Positions 18,522-28,341 of a stretch of DNA of 35,419 nt are shown one piece after another; position 1 is the first letter of the stretch, and every line of letters starts with the position of its first letter. Where the stretch lies: positions 1-35,419 of the forward strand of contig CACYBG010000281.1 of assembly GCA_902772605.1 (NCBI GenBank), given 5' to 3'. The position numbers and the translations under genes were made by a program. This stretch comes from an uncultured Spirochaetaceae bacterium (lineage in GTDB: Bacteria > Spirochaetota > Spirochaetia > Treponematales > Treponemataceae). The notes below the pieces were generated by a model. The model was not told where the DNA came from. It worked only from the letters and a program-made list of their open reading frames with translations, and did no database searches.

Positions 18522-18932
18522 CTATTTTCCACCATTTAAAACGTATTCCCTTACAGAGGGATAAATGCTCATGTCGCTGTCGACGAAATTCAAGCCGGCA
18601 ATCTCATCGATGTCCGCCCACCTGTATTCCGTATGTTCCGTCAGCCTGTACCTGAAAAACTTTCCCCTGTGAGGAACCTTCACCGTATAGGCATGCAGGA
18701 TGTTCTTACCGTTGTGCTCGAATTCGGCCTCTGCAATCTTAAGTCCGGGCTTCACCTTAATGCCGAATTCCTCCCTGAATTCACGGACGAGCGCCATAAG
18801 GTCGTCTTCGCCTTCATCAACCTTTCCGCCGGGAAATTCCCAGCGTCCACCCATCTGTCCAACGGGATTCCTGTGGGCTATAAGCACCATGCGCCCGTGG
18901 ACGGCAATTCCTGCTACAGAGTTCTTCGCCAT
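18522..18932 (-). CDS. NUDIX hydrolase (MutT-like)
   Basis: WEFPGGKVDEGEDDLMALVREFREEFG Nudix box. Confidence 0.92.
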   Translation of the reverse strand: MAKNSVAGIAVHGRMVLIAHRNPVGQMGGRWEFPGGKVDEGEDDLMALVREFREEFGIKVKPGLKIAEAEFEHNGKNILHAYTVKVPHRGKFFRYRLTEHTEYRWADIDEIAGLNFVDSDMSIYPSVREYVLNGGK

Positions 18933-19068
18933 AATAAAGTTCCTTTCGCCTCTCCAAAACGATCATGAAGGGCCTTGAAATGTACATCGGACCGGAACAG
19001 GCCGAATCCGACGGAGATATCTTCACCCTCCTTCAAGCTTCCCGAAAAAGCTAGAAGAAAGAGGAAAA

Positions 19069-19524
19069 TCAGATTATTATCACCTTGGGCAGAACGAAAT
19101 GAAGCAGTGCGGAGACGAAACATCCCACGCCGATGTATTTCCGTGAATCTATGAATATGGACTTAAGCCTTTCGTCAAGCTCAAAATCCTTTACCGAGGT
19201 GCTGACTGCATAGAATTCCAGAAGTATTGATGCACCACCCATAAGGCCGGCACATGCAGGCAACAGGTCGCCGATTATGACGATTCCCCCGTACGGAGAA
19301 AAGAGCTTTATGAACGCAACAACGATTGAAATGAGTCCGATCAGGAACCTTACGCTGCGCGCGTTCAATCCCTTGAAGCCCTTCTTTCCGACCGATGGAG
19401 AATCTGCATCCGGTACGGCAGGCATTCCGACTTCCTGACCTGCGGAAGTCAAATCAACTCCGTAAACGAGGATGAGCCCTACGAATATATTCATAACAAC
19501 AGAAAGACAATAAAACTGTACCAT
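19069..19524 (-). CDS. Small integral membrane hypothetical protein (about 4 TM)
   Basis: Four hydrophobic segments, IIGDLLPA motif, RBS AGGATAGGGA. Confidence 0.8.
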   Translation of the reverse strand: MVQFYCLSVVMNIFVGLILVYGVDLTSAGQEVGMPAVPDADSPSVGKKGFKGLNARSVRFLIGLISIVVAFIKLFSPYGGIVIIGDLLPACAGLMGGASILLEFYAVSTSVKDFELDERLKSIFIDSRKYIGVGCFVSALLHFVLPKVIII

Positions 19525-19710
19525 ATCCCTATCCTTGACCGTAAAAACCGGTTTTTCCCGGAATTACGCCGTCAGTGAGGAACGTCGAAACAACGTCCAC
19601 GGACAATGATTATACCACGAAAGAAGAAAATTTAATAGATGCGGAGGCAAAATTTAAGCTTTGACATTCAACGGACGTACGTAAAACTGCCGGAAACGGT
19701 TCAAGTCAAG

Positions 19711-20298
19711 CTACTTTGCAACAACCTTGCAGGAAAGCTCCACGCTCTCTCCGCCGCAATCGACTTTCGCCCTTATTTTCGTTATTTCGTAATTGGAGAA
19801 AGTAATGCGGCCAGTCTCCTTTTTTCCTGAATCCGTGAATTCGAATTTTTTCTCCTTCCTTTCGAAATCGTTTCCATCGGCATCCACCGCCCAGAATTCG
19901 ACGTTCACGTCCATACGCCCTATCCCGTCCCTGAACCGGCTTCCCGTGGATCTGGACATGTCCATTGATACGAAAACGCTGTCATCGAAAGAAAAAGCAG
20001 AAAGACTGCAGAATACGCCGCCTACGGTATCCTCATGGGACTTTTTTCCGAACAGGCTTATCAGAATGACAACGGCGAACATGACGACCATTGCGATGAA
20101 AATCATCCGGTTCATCTTCGTGCTTACAAGGACCCTGAAAAGCCCCCTCTTGGGTGCGGACTTTCCGGTTGCCAGGTCGCTGTAAACCTTGGGTTCGTAC
20201 TTACGGAATTCACCGTCCTTGTGGTGAAAGACTATGGGCTGCTCGCCTTCCGCATAGGAATCTGCAGGTCCGTCTGAAAAATTGATTTCGGAATCCAT
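19711..20298 (-). CDS. Single-TM hypothetical protein
   Basis: RBS GGGGAGGA before ATG 20298, one central TM (IFIAMVVMFAVVILISLF). Probably co-transcribed with the upstream lipoprotein. Confidence 0.78.
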   Translation of the reverse strand: MDSEINFSDGPADSYAEGEQPIVFHHKDGEFRKYEPKVYSDLATGKSAPKRGLFRVLVSTKMNRMIFIAMVVMFAVVILISLFGKKSHEDTVGGVFCSLSAFSFDDSVFVSMDMSRSTGSRFRDGIGRMDVNVEFWAVDADGNDFERKEKKFEFTDSGKKETGRITFSNYEITKIRAKVDCGGESVELSCKVVAK

Positions 20299-20309
20299 GA
20301 ATCCTCCCC

Positions 20310-21521
20310 CTAACGCTTTAGAATGGACTGAATCAGGGAATCGGTCTGCCACCAGAGTATGTGGACCTTATCCGATTTTGCGACAAGTTCCGAGAGGACT
20401 CCGGAATTGCTCAGGTTGAAGCTGTAGAAAAGCGTATTCCTGTGGTCGGCCTTGATTTTCCTGTTGAGGATTATCTGTCCGTTACCCTGCACCATCTGAA
20501 GTTCGAATCCGTCGTCTATCACGGCCATGAAGAAAAACCATCCGCTTGAACTTACGCCAAGGAAGTCGTACGGGATGTTGTAGTGCGCATCGGAAAACTC
20601 TCCTTCGGCATCCTCAACGTGAGGCATGATTTCCAAAGGCCTGTCGTAAAGTCCGCTTTCAACGTTCAGCGGATATATGAGGGACTTGTCGTACCTGATT
20701 CCGGACTGCATGCGGCTCGACTCGTCGATGTTCGGAACGGAACAGTCAACGCTTATGTAGAGCTTCCTTTCAGTATAGTCCGGGACAACGTTGCCGATTT
20801 CCATGTAGTATTCCTGACCGTCCGAATAAGGGACCGGAATGTACTTCCTGTCGATCCTGACGGTAAAGAGCATGTATCCGTTTTCCGCAAACCAGTAGAC
20901 CCTGGGTCCGTCACCGGTTATGCAGACGACCACGAGTTCCTGGCTGTCGGTTACGTAAATCTTCTTTACGAGTGGGAAAGGCGTTCCGCCCGGTCCCTGC
21001 TGTCCCAGATAGCCAAGGAAGTTACCGTCGGCATCGAAGCGGAGTACGACCTGATTGACGTATTCGCCTATCTCGTCGTCCATCTCCTGCCTTTCGACGG
21101 GAAGCCTGTCCACGACGTAGAGGTTCTTCTTGGAATCTATCGCCACATCGCTCGTACTGTTGAACGGATAGGAGATTGCGCGCCTGGTTGCGTTCAGTTC
21201 CTCTCCGTTTTCAGTCGCAAAGGATGGAGTCGGATTCATTTCCTCGCTGTAATAGAGGGTTAGGAGGTCTCCGTAAGAACTCAGTTCCATCACCTTGCCT
21301 GATTCGCTGTTCGCTATGTAGAAAAAGCCGTCCCTCATTGCGAAACTGGTGGAAATGTTCCCTACCTGAGAATAGTCGAAAAGGTTTATCTCATCCTCGA
21401 AATTTCCATATTCAAGGGTGAACACCTCCTGCTCCTCAAGTGCCGTCGATGAATTGGAGCAGGATGAAAAAAACAGAGTGGATAATCCTAATGTAAAAAA
21501 AATACGACGAGATTTTGTCAT
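20310..21521 (-). CDS. Spirochete lipoprotein, probable beta-propeller (LIC_12708-like), divergent from secA
   Basis: Lipobox FFSS/C. NHL-like segments (DVAIDSKKNLYVVD, VLRFDADGNFLGYLGQQGPGGTPF). Family name is from recall. Confidence 0.75.
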   Translation of the reverse strand: MTKSRRIFFTLGLSTLFFSSCSNSSTALEEQEVFTLEYGNFEDEINLFDYSQVGNISTSFAMRDGFFYIANSESGKVMELSSYGDLLTLYYSEEMNPTPSFATENGEELNATRRAISYPFNSTSDVAIDSKKNLYVVDRLPVERQEMDDEIGEYVNQVVLRFDADGNFLGYLGQQGPGGTPFPLVKKIYVTDSQELVVVCITGDGPRVYWFAENGYMLFTVRIDRKYIPVPYSDGQEYYMEIGNVVPDYTERKLYISVDCSVPNIDESSRMQSGIRYDKSLIYPLNVESGLYDRPLEIMPHVEDAEGEFSDAHYNIPYDFLGVSSSGWFFFMAVIDDGFELQMVQGNGQIILNRKIKADHRNTLFYSFNLSNSGVLSELVAKSDKVHILWWQTDSLIQSILKR

Positions 21522-21528
21522 AAATAAT

Positions 21529-21579
21529 AGAATAAAGAATAAAGTTTATATTGTCAATTGAGAGAAAATTCAATATTAT
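21529..21579. promoter_or_regulatory. Bidirectional sigma70 promoter pair sharing one -35 region
   Basis: Plus strand TTGTCA(21551)-N17-TATTAT for secA. Minus strand TTGACA(21557)-N17-TATTCT for the lipoprotein. Confidence 0.62.
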
Positions 21580-21813
21580 TAATGAGATATAGAAATGTGG
21601 ACATTAAAAAAAACTCTAAGGCGTTTTCAGATGTTCCCGCACCTCTTTTGATGAGACGGATTCCGGGATGAAGTTTCATCACCAGGGGGATGCACCCATT
21701 TTTATAGGCGGACAGGGACAGGCGTTTCCATGCTCCGCAAAATGCAGTTTCTCATATCTGCAATCAATTTCAGGAGGAACGGTCACAAGGAGAATGGCCG
21801 TCTCGATTCATTT

Positions 21814-24603
21814 ATGTTTGATAAAATATTAACATTCATTTTCGGCTCACAGAACGAACGCGACGTAAAGGCTTTGAAGCCCGTCATTGCAAAGGTTGAG
21901 GAAAAGGAAAGCTGGGCCCAGTCCTTCAAGGACGAAGATTTTCCGAAGCAGACCCAGATCCTCAAGGATCGCCTTGCCAAGGGTGAAACACTGGACGACA
22001 TACTCCCAGAGGCTTTCGCGCTTGCAAGGGAAGCTGCATACCGCGTACTCGGCGAACGTGCATATCCCGTACAGCTGATGGGATCCCTCGTGCTCCATAC
22101 CGGACGCATAACCGAAATGAAGACGGGTGAAGGAAAGACGCTCATGTGCGTTGCCGCTGCATACCTCAACTCACTTTCAGGAAAAGGCGTACACATCGTC
22201 ACCGTAAACGACTATCTTGCGGAACGCGACTCACAGTGGATGGGCCGCGTCTACAAATTCCTCGGTCAGACGGTCGGATGCATCCTGAGCAACATGGACA
22301 ACGAAGCAAGGAAGGCCGCATACGACTGCGACATCACCTACGGAACGAACAACGAGCTCGGATTCGACTACCTCCGCGACAACATGCAGATCGACATCAA
22401 GCGCAAGGTCCAGAGGGGCTTCAACTTCTGTATCGTTGACGAAATAGACTCCATCCTCATCGATGAGGCAAGGACTCCTTTGATCATTTCCGGTCAGGGA
22501 GAGGACGACACGTTCAAGTACCACGAGGTCGACAAGTACGTGGACATGTTCACCGAGGTCGCAAAGGATCCGAAGACCAACGACTATCCTGAAGAAGTAG
22601 ACATGACCCCGGAGGAGCGAGAGGCGCTTCCAGGCGAATACAAGGTCGATGAAAAGAGCAAGAGGATTTCGTTCACCAACAGGGGCATGAACAAAATCAA
22701 CGACATACTGCATCAGCACAACCTGATTTCCGCCGACTCCACGGTTTTCGACGAGCAGAACTTCGAATACGTACACTACTTCACCCAGGCAATCCGTGCA
22801 CACGTACTCTACCATGCAGACGTAGACTATGTCGTAAAGGACGGACAGGTCCAGATAGTCGATGAATTCACGGGACGCATACTTGAAGGACGTCGCTACG
22901 GTGACGGACTCCATCAGGCCATAGAAGCAAAGGAGCACCTGAAGATTGCACAGAGGAACAGGACGCTTGCGACAATCACGTTCCAGAACTTCTTCAGGAT
23001 GTATACGAAGCTTTCCGGAATGACCGGTACGGCAGCAACGGAAGCCGTTGAGTTCAGCAAAATCTACAAGCTTGACGTAGTCGCAATTCCGACGAACAAG
23101 CCTGTTGCAAGAAAGGATGAAAACGACGAGGTATACCTCAACGAAAGCGACAAGTGGGATGCCATCGTCAATGAGATAGACCAGGTCCACAAGAAGGGAC
23201 AGCCTGTGCTTGTCGGTACGGTATCAGTCGAAAAGTCTGAGCATCTTTCGGCTCTCCTCACCAGACGCGGAATCAGGCACGAGGTACTCAACGCAAAGAA
23301 CCATGCCCGAGAGGCAACGATCATAGCCGAAGCCGGTGCAAAGGGTGCCGTAACGGTCGCAACAAACATGGCTGGACGCGGTACGGACATCAAGCTCGGC
23401 GGAAGCCCGGAAATGAGGGCAAGGAAGAGGGCCGGAACGGAGGCAAGCCAGGAACAGTTCGATGCAACCCTGAAACTCGAAAAGGAAAAGTGGCTTAAGG
23501 ACTACGAAGAGGTCAAGAGTCTCGGAGGACTTTATGTCATCGGTTCCGAAAGGCATGAAAGCCGCCGAATCGACAATCAGCTCCGCGGACGCTCAGGACG
23601 ACAGGGAGACCCGGGACGCAGCAAATTCTACATATCGATGGACGACGATTTGATGAGGCTTTTCGGCGGTGAACGCATGAAGAAGATAATGTCATCAGTC
23701 GGAATGAAGCCGGGTGAGCCGATAGACCATCCGTGGCTCAACAAGTCCATCGAAAAGGCACAGAAGAAGGTCGAGGAAAGGAACTTTGAAATAAGAAAGA
23801 ACCTTCTCGACTACGATGACGTCCTGAATCAGCAGAGGAACTTCATCTACCAGCAGAGGGATGCAATACTTGAGGACGAGGATCTCAGCACCCGCGTAAT
23901 CAACAATGCAAAGGACACGGTTGCCGAGCTTTTCGATGAATACAGGCACACGAAGAAGTCAGGTTCCGCACAGAGCGCACTTGTAGACCGAATCCACGAG
24001 CTGTTCGGACAGACGCCTTCATTCGACCAGCTGTCAGAGGAAAGCATCAATGCACTCCTCCAGAACGACATAACCCAGAAGGAGCTTCTTGTCGGAAAGC
24101 CTAACTTCAACATGTTCATCCGCTACCAGTACATACAGATGATCGACAAGAAATGGCTCGACCAGCTGGAATACCTTGACGGACTCCGTGAAGCAGTGCA
24201 CCTCCGCTCATACGGAAGCAAGAACCCGCTCACAGAGTACAAGAACGACGGATTCGACCAGTTCGACGTAATGCTCGAATCAATCAGGAAGGCTGTCGAA
24301 AGCAGAATCTTCAAGGTCAAGATTCAGGTTCAGCCGTCATCAGAGGTACGCAGGCCACCGCAGCAGAGGATGCAGATGAACGCACAGCATGAAGAGGCCC
24401 GGTCTGCAATAGCGCCTCAGCAGGCACAGCAGGCATTCAACGCAAGGCAGGCACAGCAGGGAGCCGCGAACACAGGAATGAAATCCGGTCGGCAGGGACA
24501 GTCGGTTACGGTCATGAGGACTCTGCCGAAGGTCGGAAGAAACGATCCGTGTCCATGCGGAAGCGGCAAGAAATACAAGCAGTGCCACGGAAGGAACTCC
24601 TAA
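21814..24603 (+). CDS. secA: Preprotein translocase subunit SecA
   Basis: [57 protein letters not shown], and C-terminal [23 protein letters not shown]. Start set at [16 protein letters not shown]. Confidence 0.98.
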   Translation: MFDKILTFIFGSQNERDVKALKPVIAKVEEKESWAQSFKDEDFPKQTQILKDRLAKGETLDDILPEAFALAREAAYRVLGERAYPVQLMGSLVLHTGRITEMKTGEGKTLMCVAAAYLNSLSGKGVHIVTVNDYLAERDSQWMGRVYKFLGQTVGCILSNMDNEARKAAYDCDITYGTNNELGFDYLRDNMQIDIKRKVQRGFNFCIVDEIDSILIDEARTPLIISGQGEDDTFKYHEVDKYVDMFTEVAKDPKTNDYPEEVDMTPEEREALPGEYKVDEKSKRISFTNRGMNKINDILHQHNLISADSTVFDEQNFEYVHYFTQAIRAHVLYHADVDYVVKDGQVQIVDEFTGRILEGRRYGDGLHQAIEAKEHLKIAQRNRTLATITFQNFFRMYTKLSGMTGTAATEAVEFSKIYKLDVVAIPTNKPVARKDENDEVYLNESDKWDAIVNEIDQVHKKGQPVLVGTVSVEKSEHLSALLTRRGIRHEVLNAKNHAREATIIAEAGAKGAVTVATNMAGRGTDIKLGGSPEMRARKRAGTEASQEQFDATLKLEKEKWLKDYEEVKSLGGLYVIGSERHESRRIDNQLRGRSGRQGDPGRSKFYISMDDDLMRLFGGERMKKIMSSVGMKPGEPIDHPWLNKSIEKAQKKVEERNFEIRKNLLDYDDVLNQQRNFIYQQRDAILEDEDLSTRVINNAKDTVAELFDEYRHTKKSGSAQSALVDRIHELFGQTPSFDQLSEESINALLQNDITQKELLVGKPNFNMFIRYQYIQMIDKKWLDQLEYLDGLREAVHLRSYGSKNPLTEYKNDGFDQFDVMLESIRKAVESRIFKVKIQVQPSSEVRRPPQQRMQMNAQHEEARSAIAPQQAQQAFNARQAQQGAANTGMKSGRQGQSVTVMRTLPKVGRNDPCPCGSGKKYKQCHGRNS

Positions 24604-24648
24604 TCTGACTGATTGAAACGGTGTCGGACTCATCCGGCTCACATAAAG

Positions 24649-24714
24649 ACGGATCTTGGATAAAAGGCTTTCACCTGCAAGGGTTGGAACGCAAAATCCG
24701 GGGTCCGTTTTTTT
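24649..24714 (+). terminator. Extended terminator hairpin after secA
   Basis: ACGGATCTTGGAT/ATCCGGGGTCCGT 13-bp stem enclosing ACCT-GCAA-GGGT, followed by a T run. Confidence 0.6.
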
Positions 24715-24718
24715 ATGC

Positions 24719-24751
24719 AAAAAAAATGCCGCAGAATCTTCTTCCACGGCA
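24719..24751 (-). terminator. Intrinsic terminator of lepB
   Basis: TGCCGTGGAA-GAAGA-TTCTGCGGCA plus U8 on the minus strand. Confidence 0.8.
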
Positions 24752-24774
24752 CATGACATATGTTTTTAATCAGG

Positions 24775-26553
24775 TCAGTTCTTTTTTCCTGGACGTCCGA
24801 AACGGTTCAGCGGCCAAATCCTCAATCCGGCCTTTCCAAGTATCCGGTTGCGGTTTACGTACTGAGGGGAAAGGTTCGTAGCGTACGTTACCGAGTAGGC
24901 GTCTCCTGCATACAGGGGTTCGAACACCCTTTCGTAGGAATGCCTCATGTCGGATGAATTGTAGCGGTTGTCTCCCATCATGAAATAGCAGTTTTCGGGT
25001 ATGAACACGGGATTTCCCGATGCATCGTTTGCAGGGAACGGTCCCATGTTGCGCTGATCCATCTGGGTTACGTACATTATGAGCCTTTCAAGCACTTCCA
25101 TCTGCTCGTTCCTGTACGTATCGGAACTCCACTGCATGTCGTCGGCATTGTTCGAAAGGAGTTCACCGCTCCTCACCATGATTCTTCCCATCGTGAGCTT
25201 TATCATGAGGTTGAGCCTGAACCTGGAATCGGTGTAAAGGTCTCCGCCGACAAGCGATATTCCGGACACACCGTTCTTTTCGGTATATGCGTTGAGGTTT
25301 TCGAACCCTGAATGCCAGTCGTTCATGAAGTGCCTGAACCAGTCGGCGCCTCCATCCGCAGTAAGGAGCTTCAGGACGCTTTTCGACGTAGTGGAAGGCA
25401 GTCCGTAAACAATCAGGTCGTCCGTAGGAATGAGGTTCTTTCCGTCTACATCCTTGGCTCCCATTGCAAGCCTTGAAAAACGCTCCGTAAGTGACATGCA
25501 CTCAAGCTTTACGGATTCAAGGTCCAGGTTGCGCCTTTCCTCCTCCACCCTGAGGACGTCTTCATAGCTTGACTGGCTCATCGGGAAATCCCTCACCTTC
25601 TGCCTGATGGATGCTGGGAGTGCATTGAGGTTCCATACCGCCCAATCGGAATCTTCGGAGACCAGCCTGAAGTCCGAAGTCCTTGTCCTGGCATAGAGCT
25701 TTCCGTCCATGAGCATGAGCTGCTCGCCGGGAAGGCCTACTACTCGCTTGACAAGGGGATCAGCCTTAATGGCTCCGTTTTCATCGGTGTTGGACTTTAC
25801 GAAAGTCAGCGTCAGCATGTATACGAACTGGGACATGAAGGTCTTGACCTCGTTTTTCCTGTCGTTCGAATAATGCGGGTTCCTGAATACGACGACATCA
25901 CCCCTGTCGTACTTCTGGATGTACGGAAGGCCGACGTCGCTGAGCGGAAATTTCGGTCCGGCAAGGGTCTTTCCGACTGCAACCCTGTCGCCTATCAGGA
26001 ATGTCGAGACCATGGATTCGGAAGGTATCTCATACAGCTGGAAAATGAATATGTTGAGGAGGACGATTGTGAATACCGCCTGCACCAGTGCATCGACCCA
26101 TTCCGCGATTTCAATTCCGACGCGCTTTATTCCGTGGTAAACCTTCTTCGGATGCTCGTCAAGGTATTTCTTCCACTCGTCATTGACCTTTCCGATGCGC
26201 TTTTCCGAAAGGCGGTACTGAATCATGAACGAAAGCACTGTTATCAGCACCCAGATTATTGCAGCGGCCAGGTCAAGTCCGTATGGACATGCATTCTCCC
26301 CTGCACGCTGAATCACGAATGCGGAAATCAGCACGAAAGGCTCATACTGGAAGAACCTCCGGACCATTCCCAGATGATTCACTGCGTTTTTCTTCAGCAG
26401 AAGGTAAATGGTGACGTATGATATCGCCGCAGTAAACAGTATGGACAGCGGAAAAGCTAGGACCGAAATATCCCTGTGAAACGACAGACACAGGAAGGAA
26501 AAAACGGCTGACAGCACAAGATTTACATAAACGTAGGCTTTCAGTTTTCTCAT
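24775..26553 (-). CDS. lepB: Signal peptidase I (long form with N-terminal multi-TM domain and large insertion)
   Basis: IPSESMVSTFLIGD (catalytic Ser), RGDVVVF, LVKRVVGLPGE (catalytic Lys), YFMMGDNRYNSSDMR. Start MRKLKAY at 26553 with RBS GGGGGT. Confidence 0.9.
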   Translation of the reverse strand: MRKLKAYVYVNLVLSAVFSFLCLSFHRDISVLAFPLSILFTAAISYVTIYLLLKKNAVNHLGMVRRFFQYEPFVLISAFVIQRAGENACPYGLDLAAAIIWVLITVLSFMIQYRLSEKRIGKVNDEWKKYLDEHPKKVYHGIKRVGIEIAEWVDALVQAVFTIVLLNIFIFQLYEIPSESMVSTFLIGDRVAVGKTLAGPKFPLSDVGLPYIQKYDRGDVVVFRNPHYSNDRKNEVKTFMSQFVYMLTLTFVKSNTDENGAIKADPLVKRVVGLPGEQLMLMDGKLYARTRTSDFRLVSEDSDWAVWNLNALPASIRQKVRDFPMSQSSYEDVLRVEEERRNLDLESVKLECMSLTERFSRLAMGAKDVDGKNLIPTDDLIVYGLPSTTSKSVLKLLTADGGADWFRHFMNDWHSGFENLNAYTEKNGVSGISLVGGDLYTDSRFRLNLMIKLTMGRIMVRSGELLSNNADDMQWSSDTYRNEQMEVLERLIMYVTQMDQRNMGPFPANDASGNPVFIPENCYFMMGDNRYNSSDMRHSYERVFEPLYAGDAYSVTYATNLSPQYVNRNRILGKAGLRIWPLNRFGRPGKKN

Positions 26554-26748
26554 AAGACCCCCGGACAGTTTTTTAATCGTACTTTGCCCCTTTAATGTAG
26601 AATTTTTCGGAGGCACCTGTAGAATATAGCAAAAAAACACGGAATAGACTATAGTTTTTCATGGTAAGATTTAGGGAACAGCTGATTAATACACGAAGCA
26701 TCAATCGGAGATTCCTTAAGTCCACGGAGATTTTAGGAGACGAATAAT

Positions 26749-27102
26749 ATGGAACGGATATTGAATACCCAGGCGGCCAGGGAAATGGTCGACAACGACC
26801 TTTCGCTCTACAGGATACTCCTGGAGGCATACATAAACGACAAGATACTGGACGAATCCAGGCTTCTGTCGCTGGAAGCACAGGATGACACTACCGAAGC
26901 CGCAAAATACGTCCATTATTTCAAGGGTGCGGCAAGGCAGCTTGGAGCCGAGGTCCTGGCAAGGGAGGGACAGGCACTGGAAGACGTACTGAGGGGAAAG
27001 GCTCACGGAGACGTAAAAGCCCTGAACGAAGGATTCGTTTCGGCATATGAAGAGGCCGTCGAAGCAATGAAGGCTGAACTTGCATCGCTTCCTGAAGAAT
27101 AG
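26749..27102 (+). CDS. Stand-alone Hpt (histidine phosphotransfer) domain protein
   Basis: VHYFKGAARQLGA matches the HxxKGxAxxxGA Hpt motif. RBS AGGAGA. Confidence 0.88.
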   Translation: MERILNTQAAREMVDNDLSLYRILLEAYINDKILDESRLLSLEAQDDTTEAAKYVHYFKGAARQLGAEVLAREGQALEDVLRGKAHGDVKALNEGFVSAYEEAVEAMKAELASLPEE

Positions 27103-27110
27103 TCTCGAAA

Positions 27111-27857
27111 TCAGCATGCGGGACCTGAAGCAAAAAATGACGCGACGTTTTTCATGACCTTTTCGGCAAGGCGGTCCGTTTCAATTCCCTTCAGTCTGGA
27201 TGCTGCATCATATACGGAGGCTATGTCGGTCGGACTTGTGAAAGACTCACCGCCAAGCTTCTGGAACGGGGCGTCGGTCTCAAATAGGATCCTGTCGTCC
27301 GGAAGATTCCTTATGCACTCCGCATTCCTTACGCTGCCCCTTAAAAGCGTCTTTCCGAATGAAAAGAATCCGTTGATTCCTCGGTCCAGAATTCCCTTCG
27401 CCTCCCTGAATCCGAACGGGAACGAATGGAACATTACTGCGGGAACCCTTGAAAGCTCCCCGGAATACAGGTACATCATGTCCATGGCCTTCCTGTTGTG
27501 GATTATGACCGGATAGCCGTACGAACGGGCAAGATCCAGAGATGACGTCCAGACCTTTTCCTGAACGGCTTTGGAAGCCCTTCCTTCAGCATTGAAAAAA
27601 TCGAATCCGATTTCTCCGACCGCTGAAATCCTCCCGTCCCTTAAAAGCCCTTCCAGATAGGGTATCAGGCTTTCATCTGGAGTAAGCGGATGTATGCCGA
27701 ACGAAAGTCGGATTCCGGCCTTATCACGAAACATATCCTCCATGAACTCGAATTCGGACGGGGAAAGCGCACATGAACAGCCTGAAACCCCTTCAAGTGT
27801 GCATCCGGGACGGTCCAGGCATTGAACCGCATGGAAATGAGCATCAAAAAAATCCAT
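27111..27857 (-). CDS. TatD family metal-dependent hydrolase
   Basis: DAHFH, GIHP, AVGEIGFDF, IIHNR, FHSF and LFETDAP motifs. Confidence 0.92.
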   Translation of the reverse strand: MDFFDAHFHAVQCLDRPGCTLEGVSGCSCALSPSEFEFMEDMFRDKAGIRLSFGIHPLTPDESLIPYLEGLLRDGRISAVGEIGFDFFNAEGRASKAVQEKVWTSSLDLARSYGYPVIIHNRKAMDMMYLYSGELSRVPAVMFHSFPFGFREAKGILDRGINGFFSFGKTLLRGSVRNAECIRNLPDDRILFETDAPFQKLGGESFTSPTDIASVYDAASRLKGIETDRLAEKVMKNVASFFASGPAC

Positions 27858-28108
27858 CTAAACTCCTTGGCCGCCCCAAAACTCAAATTCAGATCCAGGT
27901 CCAGGCAGAAACGAAAAGTCTAAACTCCCCCGACGTTTTTCCGAAAATATAATCAGAGTTTGGGTGGCGGAAAGCTGTCCGCTCAGAAAAGGTTATAGGA
28001 AAACCTGATAAAATCCAAGGACCGGACCCTTAAAAGCAGGTCTGGTGGGGTTTTCGACGGTTTTTCAAACGCATTAAACGCAAGTGCATAATCTTAAAGG
28101 AGCTGACT

Positions 28109-28330
28109 ATGGGAACCTACACATTAAAAAGTTTTGGGGGACAAACTGACTACATGGCCGTAATAAAGGAGCTTGACGACGGATATGTAGTGCGAATCAT
28201 CAGAGACAAGGACGGATATACGGATGCAACCACAGATTACATTTCAAAGACACTTTTTGAAAGCTGCATCCGCACAGGCTATATCGTAAAGCTTGATGAC
28301 GCTGAGAAAAGAATGGTCGTCAATGCCTAA
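28109..28330 (+). CDS. Small hypothetical protein (73 aa)
   Basis: Strong RBS AAAGGAG, natural composition, fills the gap between TatD and the convergent miaA. Confidence 0.8.
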   Translation: MGTYTLKSFGGQTDYMAVIKELDDGYVVRIIRDKDGYTDATTDYISKTLFESCIRTGYIVKLDDAEKRMVVNA

Positions 28331-28341
28331 ACCGAAAAGTC

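Noticed and set aside
21582-21671. Short upstream ORFs in the secA leader (29 aa from 21582; 18 aa from 21595) as a SecM-like arrest peptide
   Set aside because: No SD, no signal peptide and no recognisable arrest motif. The first ATG lies upstream of the predicted TSS.
24350-24500. CAGGCACAGCAGG repeats near the end of secA
   Set aside because: Ordinary Gln/Ala-rich linker before the SEC-C motif, not a separate repeat element.
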